DNA of 64,000 nt. Origin: Macrostomum lignano. Its lineage: Eukaryota. Below the pieces are notes generated by a model. It worked only from the letters and a program-made list of their open reading frames with translations, made no database searches and was not told the DNA's origin. A program made the translations under genes and the position numbers. Of this stretch, positions 53,532 through 64,000 are shown piece by piece. Each line of letters starts with the position of its first letter. Position 1 is the stretch's first letter. The stretch is taken from assembly GCA_002269645.1 (NCBI GenBank), contig NIVC01000725.1:248296-312295 (forward strand). Direction: 5' to 3'.

Positions 53532-53694
53532 ATGGCATATGTTTCAGACAGTTGGCATCATTAAAGCACAGTTATGCGTGATAATAGATTAATGCATTAT
53601 AAATGTAGCCGATTGGCTAAATGTACTACTGCTAACAAATATATACTACTACGTCAAAAGAAACTAAGTGACTATCTGACATAAGTCAATGTCC

Positions 53695-55416
53695 CTATGC
53701 TGCAAAGAAAAATTGTTCATGTGGCAGAAACGCCACGTGAGAGTCTGACACGGCACAAGATTTGACAATGGTGGCAACTGGGTCCAATTCGAAGTAGAAC
53801 TTGGACACCTCGTCGAAAGGGCTTCATCGCAATCGACGCACGTGCGCAAGCGCACAACCGCCAAGTAGGCAATGCCCAGAGAAGCAGTAAAGTGGATTAT
53901 CGCGTGGCTCCAAGTACTTCTTGGTCAATAAATGATGAACAACCAATTTTGCAGTGCCATCTGCAATGCGAATTGACTCCACTTGACCAAACTCAAATAA
54001 TGTCACGCCGCAATTAAATGCAATGAAGCAGGACACAGATCTGCAGAATTGCAACTCAGGTCGAAAAACCTCCAGCTGGCATCCACTGTGAAGTACAGCC
54101 CTTGTGAAGCCACGTTCCTGTCGGCGCTCGTATAGCCGCACTCCACTGGCGGTTGTCAATGCCGGTGTATCTGTCGCCTTTGGGTTGGAGCTATTGAAAA
54201 TGTCTCTGATACCCAATAGTGAGCTGAGATAACAAGTCGCTGCACGTCGAGTTAGCTGCTTTACCAACTGCTTGTCTGAGTGTCGTGTACCATGAACTTG
54301 CGAGCGCAAACGACCATGCATAGACTCGAAAAGTCCGGCTGATACGCGATGCAGCAGTCTTAGCAGTAGAGCATACGCACTAAAATGCTCACATACCTGG
54401 TGAGCATTATACGTCTGTGCGGCTGCTCCGTAAAGGTTGCGCAGCTCTTTATAAAAGTGCTTCAGGTTAGCGTCCGCTCGCAATATCTGCGTATGCGGTG
54501 CGCCATCGAGACAAAGCCAGAAAATAGCAGAGGACAGAAGCATAAAGTGCTGGTAGTAACTGGCATCAAGCAGGCCATCCCCTAGCACCATTGGTCCGTA
54601 ACAAAGTAGCCACGCTTCAAGCTTGTGCCCACAGAAGTGCCCTAGCTTCTGCATCGTGCGTGGGGCCCGCTGATGTGACGCCGGCACGTGGATAGTCGCC
54701 AGCCTAGTGTTAATATCTGAAAGTCGTCTGGACAAATCCGGTGCGGGACACACTCTCATGGGCTTCTTGCCAATTGGCACAAATAACTGCTCCATAGTGC
54801 CTCGGACAAGACCAGTCAGCAATTGATGCAGGAAACATGGTGGACAACCTTGAATGTAGTCAAAGCCCTCAAGCCATAAAGTGGCAATACCACTATGACT
54901 CCCAGGTTGTGCTCCGCTGCTACCGGTTTAGTGTTTGCCAGCATCACGGTGTTAGCCAGATTGCAAACTGTTGGCTGCGTGACATTGGCAGCCAGAGCTG
55001 CATGCATCGCATCATCCGACATTGTCGGCTGATTTTCTATGCAAGAATGGCATTCTTGCACTCTTTTGCGTGTAGGAATGGATGTCTATGGTAAAATATC
55101 ACTGAAAAAGCATTAGGCGCAGAAATGCATTCCTGCACAGTTTTGTGCATTCCTGCACGATGAATCATCCGACAATGGAATTCCTTCACGTTCACTTGTG
55201 CGAAGGTTGTGAAGTAGCTTTGCCAGTAGATGGTGGTTGTGAAGTAGCTTCGCCGGTAGATGGCGGTTGTGAAGTAGCTTCGCTGGTAGATGGCGGTTGT
55301 GAAGTAGCTTCGCTGGTAGATGGCGGTTGTGGAGTACCTTCGCTACCAATGTCGTCGTCTGGATGACGGCGCTTATTACCACAATTCGTCTGTGGATTTC
55401 CAATGGCGGCGCCCAT
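53695..55416 (-). pseudogene. EnSpm/CACTA-type transposase remnant (C-terminal half; frameshifted, premature TGA at 53826-53824)
   Basis: GFDYIQGCPPCFLHQLLTGLVR, QRAPRTM, EAWLLCYG, YYQHFMLLSSAI, FYKELRNLYG, TYNAHQV, FESMHGRLRSQVHGT follow the animal CACTA/EnSpm transposase motif order. The frame continues 42 codons past the TGA to TAG 53695. The N-terminal catalytic region is not evident. Confidence 0.8.
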
Positions 55417-55919
55417 TGCAGTCGTTCCAGATTGCAACCATTGTTGTCACCTTTGAAATAGAAGCTGCACTGTCTTGCATTCTCAAAATTGTTTCACTCT
55501 TAAACGATTCATAATGGTGCAGCGTTGCTAGTCTTCCATGATAGAGATTTTTGTTCTTAATGATTCTTATCCTCTGCAAAAATGGCAAACGTTCATGAGA
55601 AATTAGTCGGTTGCTTCGTGGGTTACCGTCACTTCTCCTTATATACTGATTTGAAAGAGAACATATCCCTGGGCATAGGTAATAAATTTGCTTCCCTATT
55701 CATAACTATCACTTGTCCATACCTAACTATATATAACTGGGTATCCATGTGACCTATTTCAGGAGAGGCTACTCTGTAAAATTGTAAAGTATAATTTCAA
55801 GCAACAATAACATGTGCATCACGCCGCACTCAAATTAAGCAACATAGTAGCAGCCTGTTATGCAATGAAGATGACAACAGTTGGTAGAAAGTGACAAGTA
55901 GTAAACTCCACAACAGAAC

Positions 55920-57260
55920 AAAACAGTCACAAAATACAGTAACAGTGAATGGTAACATGTGACCCTGAACAAATGGTCACAAAATACGGTAACATTGAAT
56001 GGTAACATGTGACCCTGAACAAACGGTCACAAAATATATTAACATTGAATGGTAACATGGTTACCCTAAACAAACAGTCACAAAATACGGTCACATTGAA
56101 CGGTAACATGGTTACCCTAAACAAACAGTCACAAAATATGGTCACATTGAATGATAACATGTGACCCTAAACAAAATGGTCACAAAATATGGTAACATTG
56201 ATTGGTAAAATGTGACCCTGAACAAACGGTCACAAAATACGGTAACATTGATTGGTAACATGTGACCCTAAACAAATGGTCACAAAATACAGTAACATTG
56301 AACGGTCACATTGTTACCCTAAACAAAACGGTCACAAAATACGGTCACATTGAATGGTCACATGGTTACCCTAAACAAAATGGTCAAAAAATACAATCAC
56401 ATTGAATGGTCACATGGTTACCCTAAACAAAACGGTCACAAAGTACAGTAACATTGATCGGTAACATGTGACCCTAAACAAAACGGTCACAAAATACGGT
56501 AACGTTAAACGGTCACATTGTTACCCTAAACAAAACGGTCACAAAATACGGTCACATTGAATGGTCACATGGTTACCCTAAACAAAATGGTCAAAAAATA
56601 CAATCACATTGAATGGTCACATGGTTACCCTAAACAAAACGGTCACAAAGTACAGTAACATTGATCGGTAACATGTGACCCTAAACAAAACGGTCACAAA
56701 ATACGGTAACGTTGAACAGTCACATTGTTACCCTAAACAAAACGGTCACAAAATATGGTCACATTGAATGGTCACATGGTTACCCTAAACAAAATGGTCA
56801 CAAAATACAGTCACATTGAACGGTCACATGGTTACCCTAAACAAAACAGTCACAAAATACGGTCACATTGAATGGTAACATGGTTACCCTAAACAAATGG
56901 TCACAAAATACAGTCACATTGAATGGTCACATGGTTACCCTAAACAAAACAGTCACAAAATACAGTCACATTGAACAGTCACATGGTTACCCTAAACAAA
57001 ATGGTCACAAAGTACGGTAACATTGATCAGTAACATGTGACCCTAAACAAAACGGTCACAAAATACGGTCACATGGTTACCCGAAACAAAATGGTCACAA
57101 AATACGGTCACATTGAACAGTCAAATTGTTACCCTATACAAAACGGTCACAAAATACGGTAACTATGAACAGTCACATGGTTACCCTAAACAAAACGGTC
57201 ACAAAGTATGGTAACATTAAACAGTAGCATTGTGACCCTGAACTAAACAGTCACAAATAC
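55920..57260. repeat. Right subterminal array, ~50-bp unit (AACAAAACGGTCACAAAATACGGTCACATTGAATGGTCACATGGTTACCCTA), ~27 copies
   Basis: Tandem units can be read directly. It is an inverted copy of the left array. Confidence 0.93.
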
Positions 57261-57687
57261 AGTAAAAAAAGGTAACTGGTGACCGTAACGGTAAAAAACA
57301 CAGTAACAGCCCCTTTTTGTGACCATTTTGTTTTATACGGGAAAATGTCACATGAAACTGTGTGCTGTGACTCTTGGGTAGAATTACTATTGATGTCAAA
57401 GCTTATGGGGGAATAGCTGAGATGTCAAGGCTCATGGGGAAATAACTAAGATGTAAAGGCTAAAGTCAGAAGTGACATAGTTTATTCAAAACTTTCTATT
57501 ATATTATTTGTTGGCTCCTCATGGGGGTGTTGCTGATAGAAAAAGTGTCATGAAAAAATTAAAAAGTGTCATGTTGAAGTTAAGAGATTCATTTGGGAAT
57601 CCCTATAATGTCAAGGCTTACAGGGAATTGCTATAATGCTGTAGGGGTATAATAATTCTTTGGAAGAATTACTGAACTGTCAATGCT

Positions 57688-57745
57688 TTAGGGTTAAGGT
57701 TAGGGTTAGGGTTGGGGTTAGGGTTAGGCTAGGGTTAGGATTAGA
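57688..57745 (+). repeat. Short interstitial (TTAGGG)n-like tract
   Basis: About 9 perfect or variant TTAGGG units. Confidence 0.8.
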
Positions 57746-59512
57746 AAGTTGATAGATTTTTTAAGATTTCAAGGCTTATAGGGGGTATTGCTAAGATGTC
57801 AAGGGGGGAACTTGATATGTTAAGGCTTGTGGGGGGAATTGCTGACATGTCAGGGCTTACAAGGGACTGCTGAGGTATATTGCAAAGAGATGCTACATGT
57901 AGTTTTTAAAAAAACTTCTACTGCATGTTTTGGCTCTCCAATGGGGGGTGCTGATTGCTAGTAAACTTCTAATAGTTCTTGTCATCAACTTTAGTCCTTA
58001 GCTTTATTTAATACAATGAAATTTCTTCTAATAACTATAAAAAAAACATTTTGCTTTTTAGATATATTTAACATAAAAGTCACGTGACTATGACTTTGGT
58101 ATTTTTATAGTTATATTTAGTTATAAAGATGTCAAATTTTTTTAAAGGTAAAAGGCAAGTACTATATACCATTGTCCATTGATGCCCCCTCTAACTTTAA
58201 AAGAGTAGGGGAGGGCCATAGCCTAGCCTATGGTCCACTGCCCTTTTGTTCTAATGCCTAGGATCATTACTCATTTGTTATAATCAATTAATTGCTAATC
58301 CAAAAGATCTTGGATCCTGGATTTGACATAATATAGTCTCTTTAGTCTCTATTTTATATAAAATATAAAAGTAATAAATAGCTTATACTTATAAATAGAA
58401 AAATTTAGCACTCTAGGCCTATTTAAAGAAAATATAATAAAAGTTACTAGAAAAAAGGTAAAGGATAGGCTAGGTACCATTAATGGCCTTTCCTTTTTTG
58501 AAAATCAAAGGGCCATAGCCAATGCCCCTACCCTTCTTGTTCCCCTTTTCTAGTACTTATGTATTATGTTAATTACTTAGGAATAGGACTAGCCTTAGAT
58601 ATTACAAGCATATTTAGTGTTAACTATAATAACAAGCCTAACCATGTCATTATTTTTATTGTAATTATAATTATAATTAGATTAATAATCTAAGAGCCTA
58701 ATAAAAAGACAATTTATATTAAATTTTTTTCTTTGATTCATAAAACTAGCAATAGGCAAAGGTAGAAAAGACAAAGACTATATTTTATAGACCATATTTA
58801 TAGATAAATAAAAAGAATCCAAACAATAAAAAATCAATATAGATTTAAATACTTTTTTATTGCAATGCATTTTGGTCTGCATTGACCATTTTCAAGCAGT
58901 TTATTGAAAAAATGAAAAGGATGCAATAGTATATATTGAAAAATTGGGCAAGTAAAGCAGAAATTTAAATAGGGGTTTTTTTAAATGAGCTTAGTAAAGA
59001 AGATTTTTCTAGAGAAATGTCACAAATATAATTTTTTATTTGTAATATATATATCTGTACATATATATATAAGTGGTTAAAAGGGCATTGCAACATTTTT
59101 TGAGCAGAAAAGAAACATGTATATTCCTTAGCAGACCCTAAGTACTTGTAAGTGTTCCATACAACTATGAACAATTTGATTATTTAGGCTTGGACTATGT
59201 TTTTTGTCTAAATATACTGAGCTTAAAATTAGAGTTTCTTCCAATCAATGATGCAAAATAGGTCATTAAGATCAATGGGTTCACTATTATAACTGTCTTT
59301 GTATCCAAGTAAGTGGTGATTGATTATAGAGTTCTTTATCTAATGTTCCCTGGCTCTGGTATGCTTTTCTTTTTGTCTTCCCCATATAGAAGACACTGAT
59401 CAATAGAGTAGCAGACTTTTTAAGTGATATAAGCATTCAGAGCACAAGGAACAACTAACTTTAACTTTCCATGTACCAACCAACTTTTTAGTCCAAAAAT
59501 ACTGCTTTGATA

Positions 59513-59735
59513 TGCTCGATTAATTTCGATCGATCAGTCACATTAATTTGGGGCTAAATTGAAATTTTGGCTTGTCTCTGCTTGTGCAAGGCACAGTAAA
59601 GTTTATAGTACATGTGTGTTCGCCTGCTCAAGGGGAGTTGGTGAAATGGGCAGTTAAGCCTCTCGTCGGTTGTGACAATGTCGCTTAAAGTACACTATGG
59701 TGCACACAGCCTTCGTGACTGCTTCAATCATTAAA
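59513..59735 (+). mobile_element. 5'-truncated, diverged copy of the SINE at 38460-38822
   Basis: Shares AGTCACATTAATTTGGGGCT, CTGCTTGTGCAA, CCTGCTCA.GGGGAGT, ATGTCGCTTAAAGT and GGTGCACACA with the reverse complement of the first copy. Confidence 0.8.
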
Positions 59736-59827
59736 TTTCTAATTTCTTCTTTCCAGACAGCACAAGTCCAAGTGCTCGATTTGAGTTCAAGTCTTGATAA
59801 AAAGCAGAAAAAAGCCTTTGAAAATTC

Positions 59828-62800
59828 ATGTCTCTCGCTGTTTTATTGCTGCTTGTGCTTGGAACTCAGGCCTACCCAAGCCTAGCATTCACCAGCTCTG
59901 AGCAGGGCGTCAAAGAGGCCGATTTGACTAGCCAGAATCAGTACATGACATTCGCCAAGAGTCTGTACAAGAATGCCGAAATTCTTGTGCACATTGTTTG
60001 TCCGGGCGATGCTCCTGCAGCTGTGCCAACTGGCGCCAATGCTACTCGCTTCCGGATTGGCTGGCGGCTCCGCCAATCGCCTTGCGCCGAGGAGTACGCC
60101 GGCGTTGATAAAGATGCTAGGCGAGCGCCTTTGTACTATGAACAGCCGGAGCTGGTGCAGGTAGGGTCACCGGGATGTTGATCGCAAATGGATCCAAATG
60201 TGATACTGATCACAATCCATGTTATACCGATCCCAATCTATGGGATACTGATCCCATTCTATGAAATACTGATCCCAATCTATAGGATACAGATCCCAAT
60301 ATATAAGATAGTGATCCCAATCCATGAGATACAGATCCCATTCTATGGGATACTGATCCCAATCCATGAGATACTGATCCCAATCTGTGGGATACTAATC
60401 CCAATCCATGAGGTACAGATTCCAATCCATGAGATACTGATCCCAATTTGTGGGATACTGATCTCTATCTATGGGATACAAATCCCAATCTATGGGATAC
60501 TGATCCCAATCTATGGGATACAGATTCCAATCTATGGGATACTGATCCCAATCCATGAGGTACAGATTCCAATCCATGAGATACTGATCCCAATTTGTGG
60601 GATACTGATCCCAATCTATGGGATACTGATCCCAATATTATGGGATTCTGATCTCAATCCATGAGATACTGATCCCATCTATAGGATACTGATCTCAATC
60701 CATGAGATACTGATCCCAATCTATAGGATACTGATCTCAATCCATGAGATACTGATCCCAATCTGTGGGATACTGATCCCAATCTATGGGATACAGATCC
60801 CAATCTATGGTATACTGATCCCAATATTATGGGATACTGATCTCAATCCATGAGATACTGATCCCAATCTATAGGATACTGATCTCAATCCATGAGATAC
60901 TGATCCCAATCCATGAGGTACTGATCCCAATCCATGAGATACAGATTCTAATCTATAAGATACTGATCCTAATCCATGGGATACCGATCCCAATCTATGG
61001 GATACTAATCCCAATCCATGTGATAATGATCCCAATCTATGGGATACTGATCTCAATCCATGAGATACTGATCCCATCTATAGGATACTGATCTCAATCC
61101 ATGAGATACTGATCCCAATCTATAGGATACTGATCTCAATCCATGAGATACTGATCCCAATCTGTGGGATACTGATCCCAATCTATGGGATACAGATCCC
61201 AATCTATGGTATACTGATCCCAATATTATGGGATACTGATCTCAATCCATGAGATACTGATCCCAATCTATAGGATACTGATCTCAATCCATGAGATACA
61301 GATTCTAATCTATAAGATACTGATCCTAATCCATGGGATACCGATCCCAATCTATGGGATACTAATCCCAATCCATGTGATAATGATCCCAATCTATGGG
61401 ATACTGATCCCAATCCATGAGATACTGATCCAAATCCATGAGATACTGATCCAAATCCATGAGGTACAGATCCCAAACTTAGGGATATTAATCCTAATTC
61501 AGGAAAATGCATACTCAAATCCAAGTTATTATGATCCGAATTCTTAAATTCCAATTAATAAATTACTGCTACTTCACCACCTTGAATCCAGGTAAAAGAG
61601 TTCAACTACAAGCAGGTGAAAACCAAGAAATTTCCGGACTGGAACCAGGGCGATGCGGACCAGTGCCTGGTGTGCCACCCGGGCCAGACCACCACCCTGC
61701 TATTGAAGAATATCGACCAACGCGGCCCATCCATAATTGCCACCAAGTTTAATCGGGACGGCTCTTCGCTAAGCAACTTTACCGACAATGTCTCCTCTGC
61801 TGCTTCTTCGCCTCACTCTTCTGCTTCTGCTGCTTCTGGAAGTTCCGCCAACAAGAAGCCGGCAAGCAATGGCAGGCGTAAACGCAAAGCTGCAGCCCCA
61901 TCGGCTGAAAAAAAAGTTGCTTCAACGAAAGGTGAATGCGTAAATTTGATTTTGGATATCAGCTTCTTTTCTCATCTCCATGGTCACTCGTGACTCTCAT
62001 CTCCATGGTCACTCGTGACTCTCATCTCCATGGTCACTCGTGACTCTCATCTTCATGGTCACTCATGACTCTCATCTTCATGGTCACTCATGACTCTCAT
62101 CTCCATGGTCACTCATGACTCTTTAATCTGTTATCAAAGATCCTAACTTTCTCATCGAACATCCCAAATTTCTCATTAAAGATCCCAACTTTCTCATCAA
62201 AGATCCCAACTTTCTCATCGAACATCCCAACTTTCTCATCAAATATCCCAACTTTCTCATCGAACATCCCAACTTTCTCATCAAATATCCCAACTTTCTC
62301 ATCAAAGATCCCAGCTTTCTCATCAAATATCCCAACTTTCTCATCAAATATCCCAACTTTCTCATCAAATATCCCAACTTTCTCATCAAAGATCCCAACT
62401 TTCTCATCAAATATCCCAACTTTCTCATCAAATATCCCAACTTTCTCATCAAAGATCCTAACTTTCTCATCAAATATCCCAACTTTCTCATCAAATATCC
62501 CAACTTTCTCATCAAAGATCCTAACTTTCTCATCAAATATCCCAACTTTCTCATCAAATATCCCAACTTTCTCATCAAATATCCCAACTTTCTCATCAAA
62601 GATCCCAACTTTCTCATCAAATATCCCAACTTTCTCATCAAATATCCCAACTTTCTCATCAAAGATCCTAACTTTCTCATCAAATATCCCAACTTTCTCA
62701 TCAAATATCCCAACTTTCTCATCAAAGATCCCAGCTTTCTTATCAAATATCCCAACTTTCTCATCAAATATCCCAACTTTCTCATCAAATATCCCAACTT

Positions 62801-63377
62801 TCTCATCAAATATCCCAACTTTCTCATCAAAGATCCCAACTTTCTCATCAAAGATCCCAACTTTCTCATCAAATATCCCAACTTTCTCATCAAATATCCC
62901 AACTTTCTCATCAAATATCCCAACTTTCTCATCAAATATCCTAACTTTCTCATCAAACTTGAAAGTTATAAGCTTAGAAATGCTCGCCAACCTTCCGCAG
63001 CCCCGGCCACCACGCCCGCCCCTCCAGCCGGAAAAGCGGGCCTAATAACTCGCACCTGGGAAGACGGCATCTACCTATTAGTACTGCACGCCTACGAGTG
63101 CAACACCGCTAGTCTGCCAAACAATTTTCAAGTTCGAGCTCGCGTTGAAATTGTCAACAGGTTTGGCTATTTGTCCGCTATTGACTGGCCCCTGCTGCCG
63201 TTCTTCGGCTCAATGTGCCTGCTGTATCTGCTGTTCGGCCTGCTCTGGCTCGGCCTGTGCGCCAAGTATTGGCGAGAAATGCTGCGCATCCAGTTTTGCA
63301 TATCGGGCGTTATCTTTCTGGGCATGCTGGAGAAGGCCCTGTTCTATGCCGAATATCAGAGTATTAATAGCACTGGG
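59828..63377 (+). CDS. TMEM87: TMEM87A/B-family (lung 7TM receptor-like) protein, exons 59828-60160, 61592-61931, 63001-63377; continues beyond the window
   Basis: Signal peptide, MTFAKSLYKNAEI, IGWRLRQSPC, RTWEDGIYLLV, and GYLSAIDWPLLPFFGSMC...YWREMLRIQFCISGVIFLGMLEKALFYAEYQ matching TMEM87A/B. GT-AG introns in phases 0, 1, 0. Confidence 0.92.
60195..61495. repeat. 21-bp minisatellite GGGATACTGATCCCAATCTAT (TMEM87 intron 1)
   Basis: Tandem units with higher-order duplication. Confidence 0.93.
61968..62955. repeat. 25-bp (ACTCTCATCTCCATGGTCACTCGTG) then 21-bp (TCCCAACTTTCTCATCAAATA) arrays in TMEM87 intron 2
   Basis: Two adjacent arrays can be read directly. Confidence 0.93.
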
Positions 63378-63429
63378 GTGAGTTTAGCTTTGTATCAGTT
63401 CTCCTTACTCTGACCCGTAATTTATAATA

Positions 63430-63930
63430 CCCATCGTTGGCACCACTCTGACCCATTGCTGACCCAAGCTGACCCATCGTTGGCACCACTCTGACCCATT
63501 GCTGACCCAAGCTGACCCATCATTAGCACCACTCTGACCCATTGCTGACCCAAGCTGACCCATCGTTGGCACCACTCTGACCCATTGCTGACCCAAGCTG
63601 ACCCATCATTAGCACCACTCTGACCCATTGCTGACCCAAGCTGACCCATCATTAGCACCACTCTGACCCATTGCTGACCAAAGCTGACCCATCATTAGCA
63701 CCACTCTGACCCATTGCTGACCAAAGCTGACCCATAATAAGCACCACTCTGACCCATTGCTGACCAAAGCTGACCCATCGTTAGCACCACTCTGACCCAT
63801 TGCTGACCCAAGCTGACCCATCATAAGCACCACTCTGACCCATTGCTGACCCAAGCTGATCCATTATCGCCAACACTCTGACCCATCAGTGACCCAAGCT
63901 GATCCATTATCGCCAGCACTCTGACCCATT
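63430..63930. repeat. 43-bp minisatellite ACCCATCGTTGGCACCACTCTGACCCATTGCTGACCCAAGCTG (TMEM87 intron 3)
   Basis: About 11 units. Confidence 0.93.
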
Positions 63931-64000
63931 ATTCATCATGGGTGACCTGTATGCGGCAGTCAATCACGCATAAATCAATCGCTCAAATCTCGCTCAGGTC

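Larger units (their letters stand above)
44595..57341 (-). mobile_element. 12.7-kb CMC-superfamily (EnSpm/CACTA-like) DNA transposon with cargo genes
   Basis: 41-bp TIR CCCGTATAAAAC(G/A)AAATGGTCACAAAAAGGGGCTGT(G/T)ACTG at 44595 and inverted ending at 57341 (2 mismatches). The 5'-CCC terminus fits the CMC consensus, and A-runs on both flanks are compatible with a 2-4 bp TSD. Mirror-image 50-bp subterminal arrays and an internal EnSpm-type transposase remnant support the call. Confidence 0.85.

Noticed and set aside
44595-57341. Interpretation as a Polinton/Maverick, Helitron or endogenous virus
   Set aside because: No protein-primed polymerase, integrase, ATPase, capsid or Rep/helicase motifs were seen. 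The termini and transposase motifs fit CMC/EnSpm.

Overview
Eukaryotic (animal, invertebrate-like) genomic DNA with GC-rich exons and AT-rich or repeat-filled introns. By my rough tally about 40% of the window is tandem repeat. The style resembles a free-living flatworm such as Macrostomum, but that is a guess. Host genes: a mitochondrial thiamine-pyrophosphate carrier (SLC25A19, +, frame open past the left edge); a 7-exon CELF3-6/bruno-3-type 3-RRM splicing regulator (-) with an internal alternative first exon; a small single-exon secreted prepropeptide (+); a DUF4773-type membrane-anchored protein (-); and the first three exons of a TMEM87-family 7TM protein (+). Mobile DNA: a tRNA-derived SINE with a 15-bp TSD plus a truncated second copy, a dead DD34D mariner, and a nested hAT MITE. 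The most striking feature is a 12.7-kb element (44595-57341) with CCCG...CGGG terminal inverted repeats and mirror-image 50-bp subterminal arrays. It carries four co-oriented minus-strand genes: a degenerate EnSpm/CACTA-type transposase, two orphan repeat-containing ORFs and a disrupted BEN-domain gene. Nearly every intron is filled by its own private minisatellite. Most long ORFs in the supplied track are translations of these repeats.
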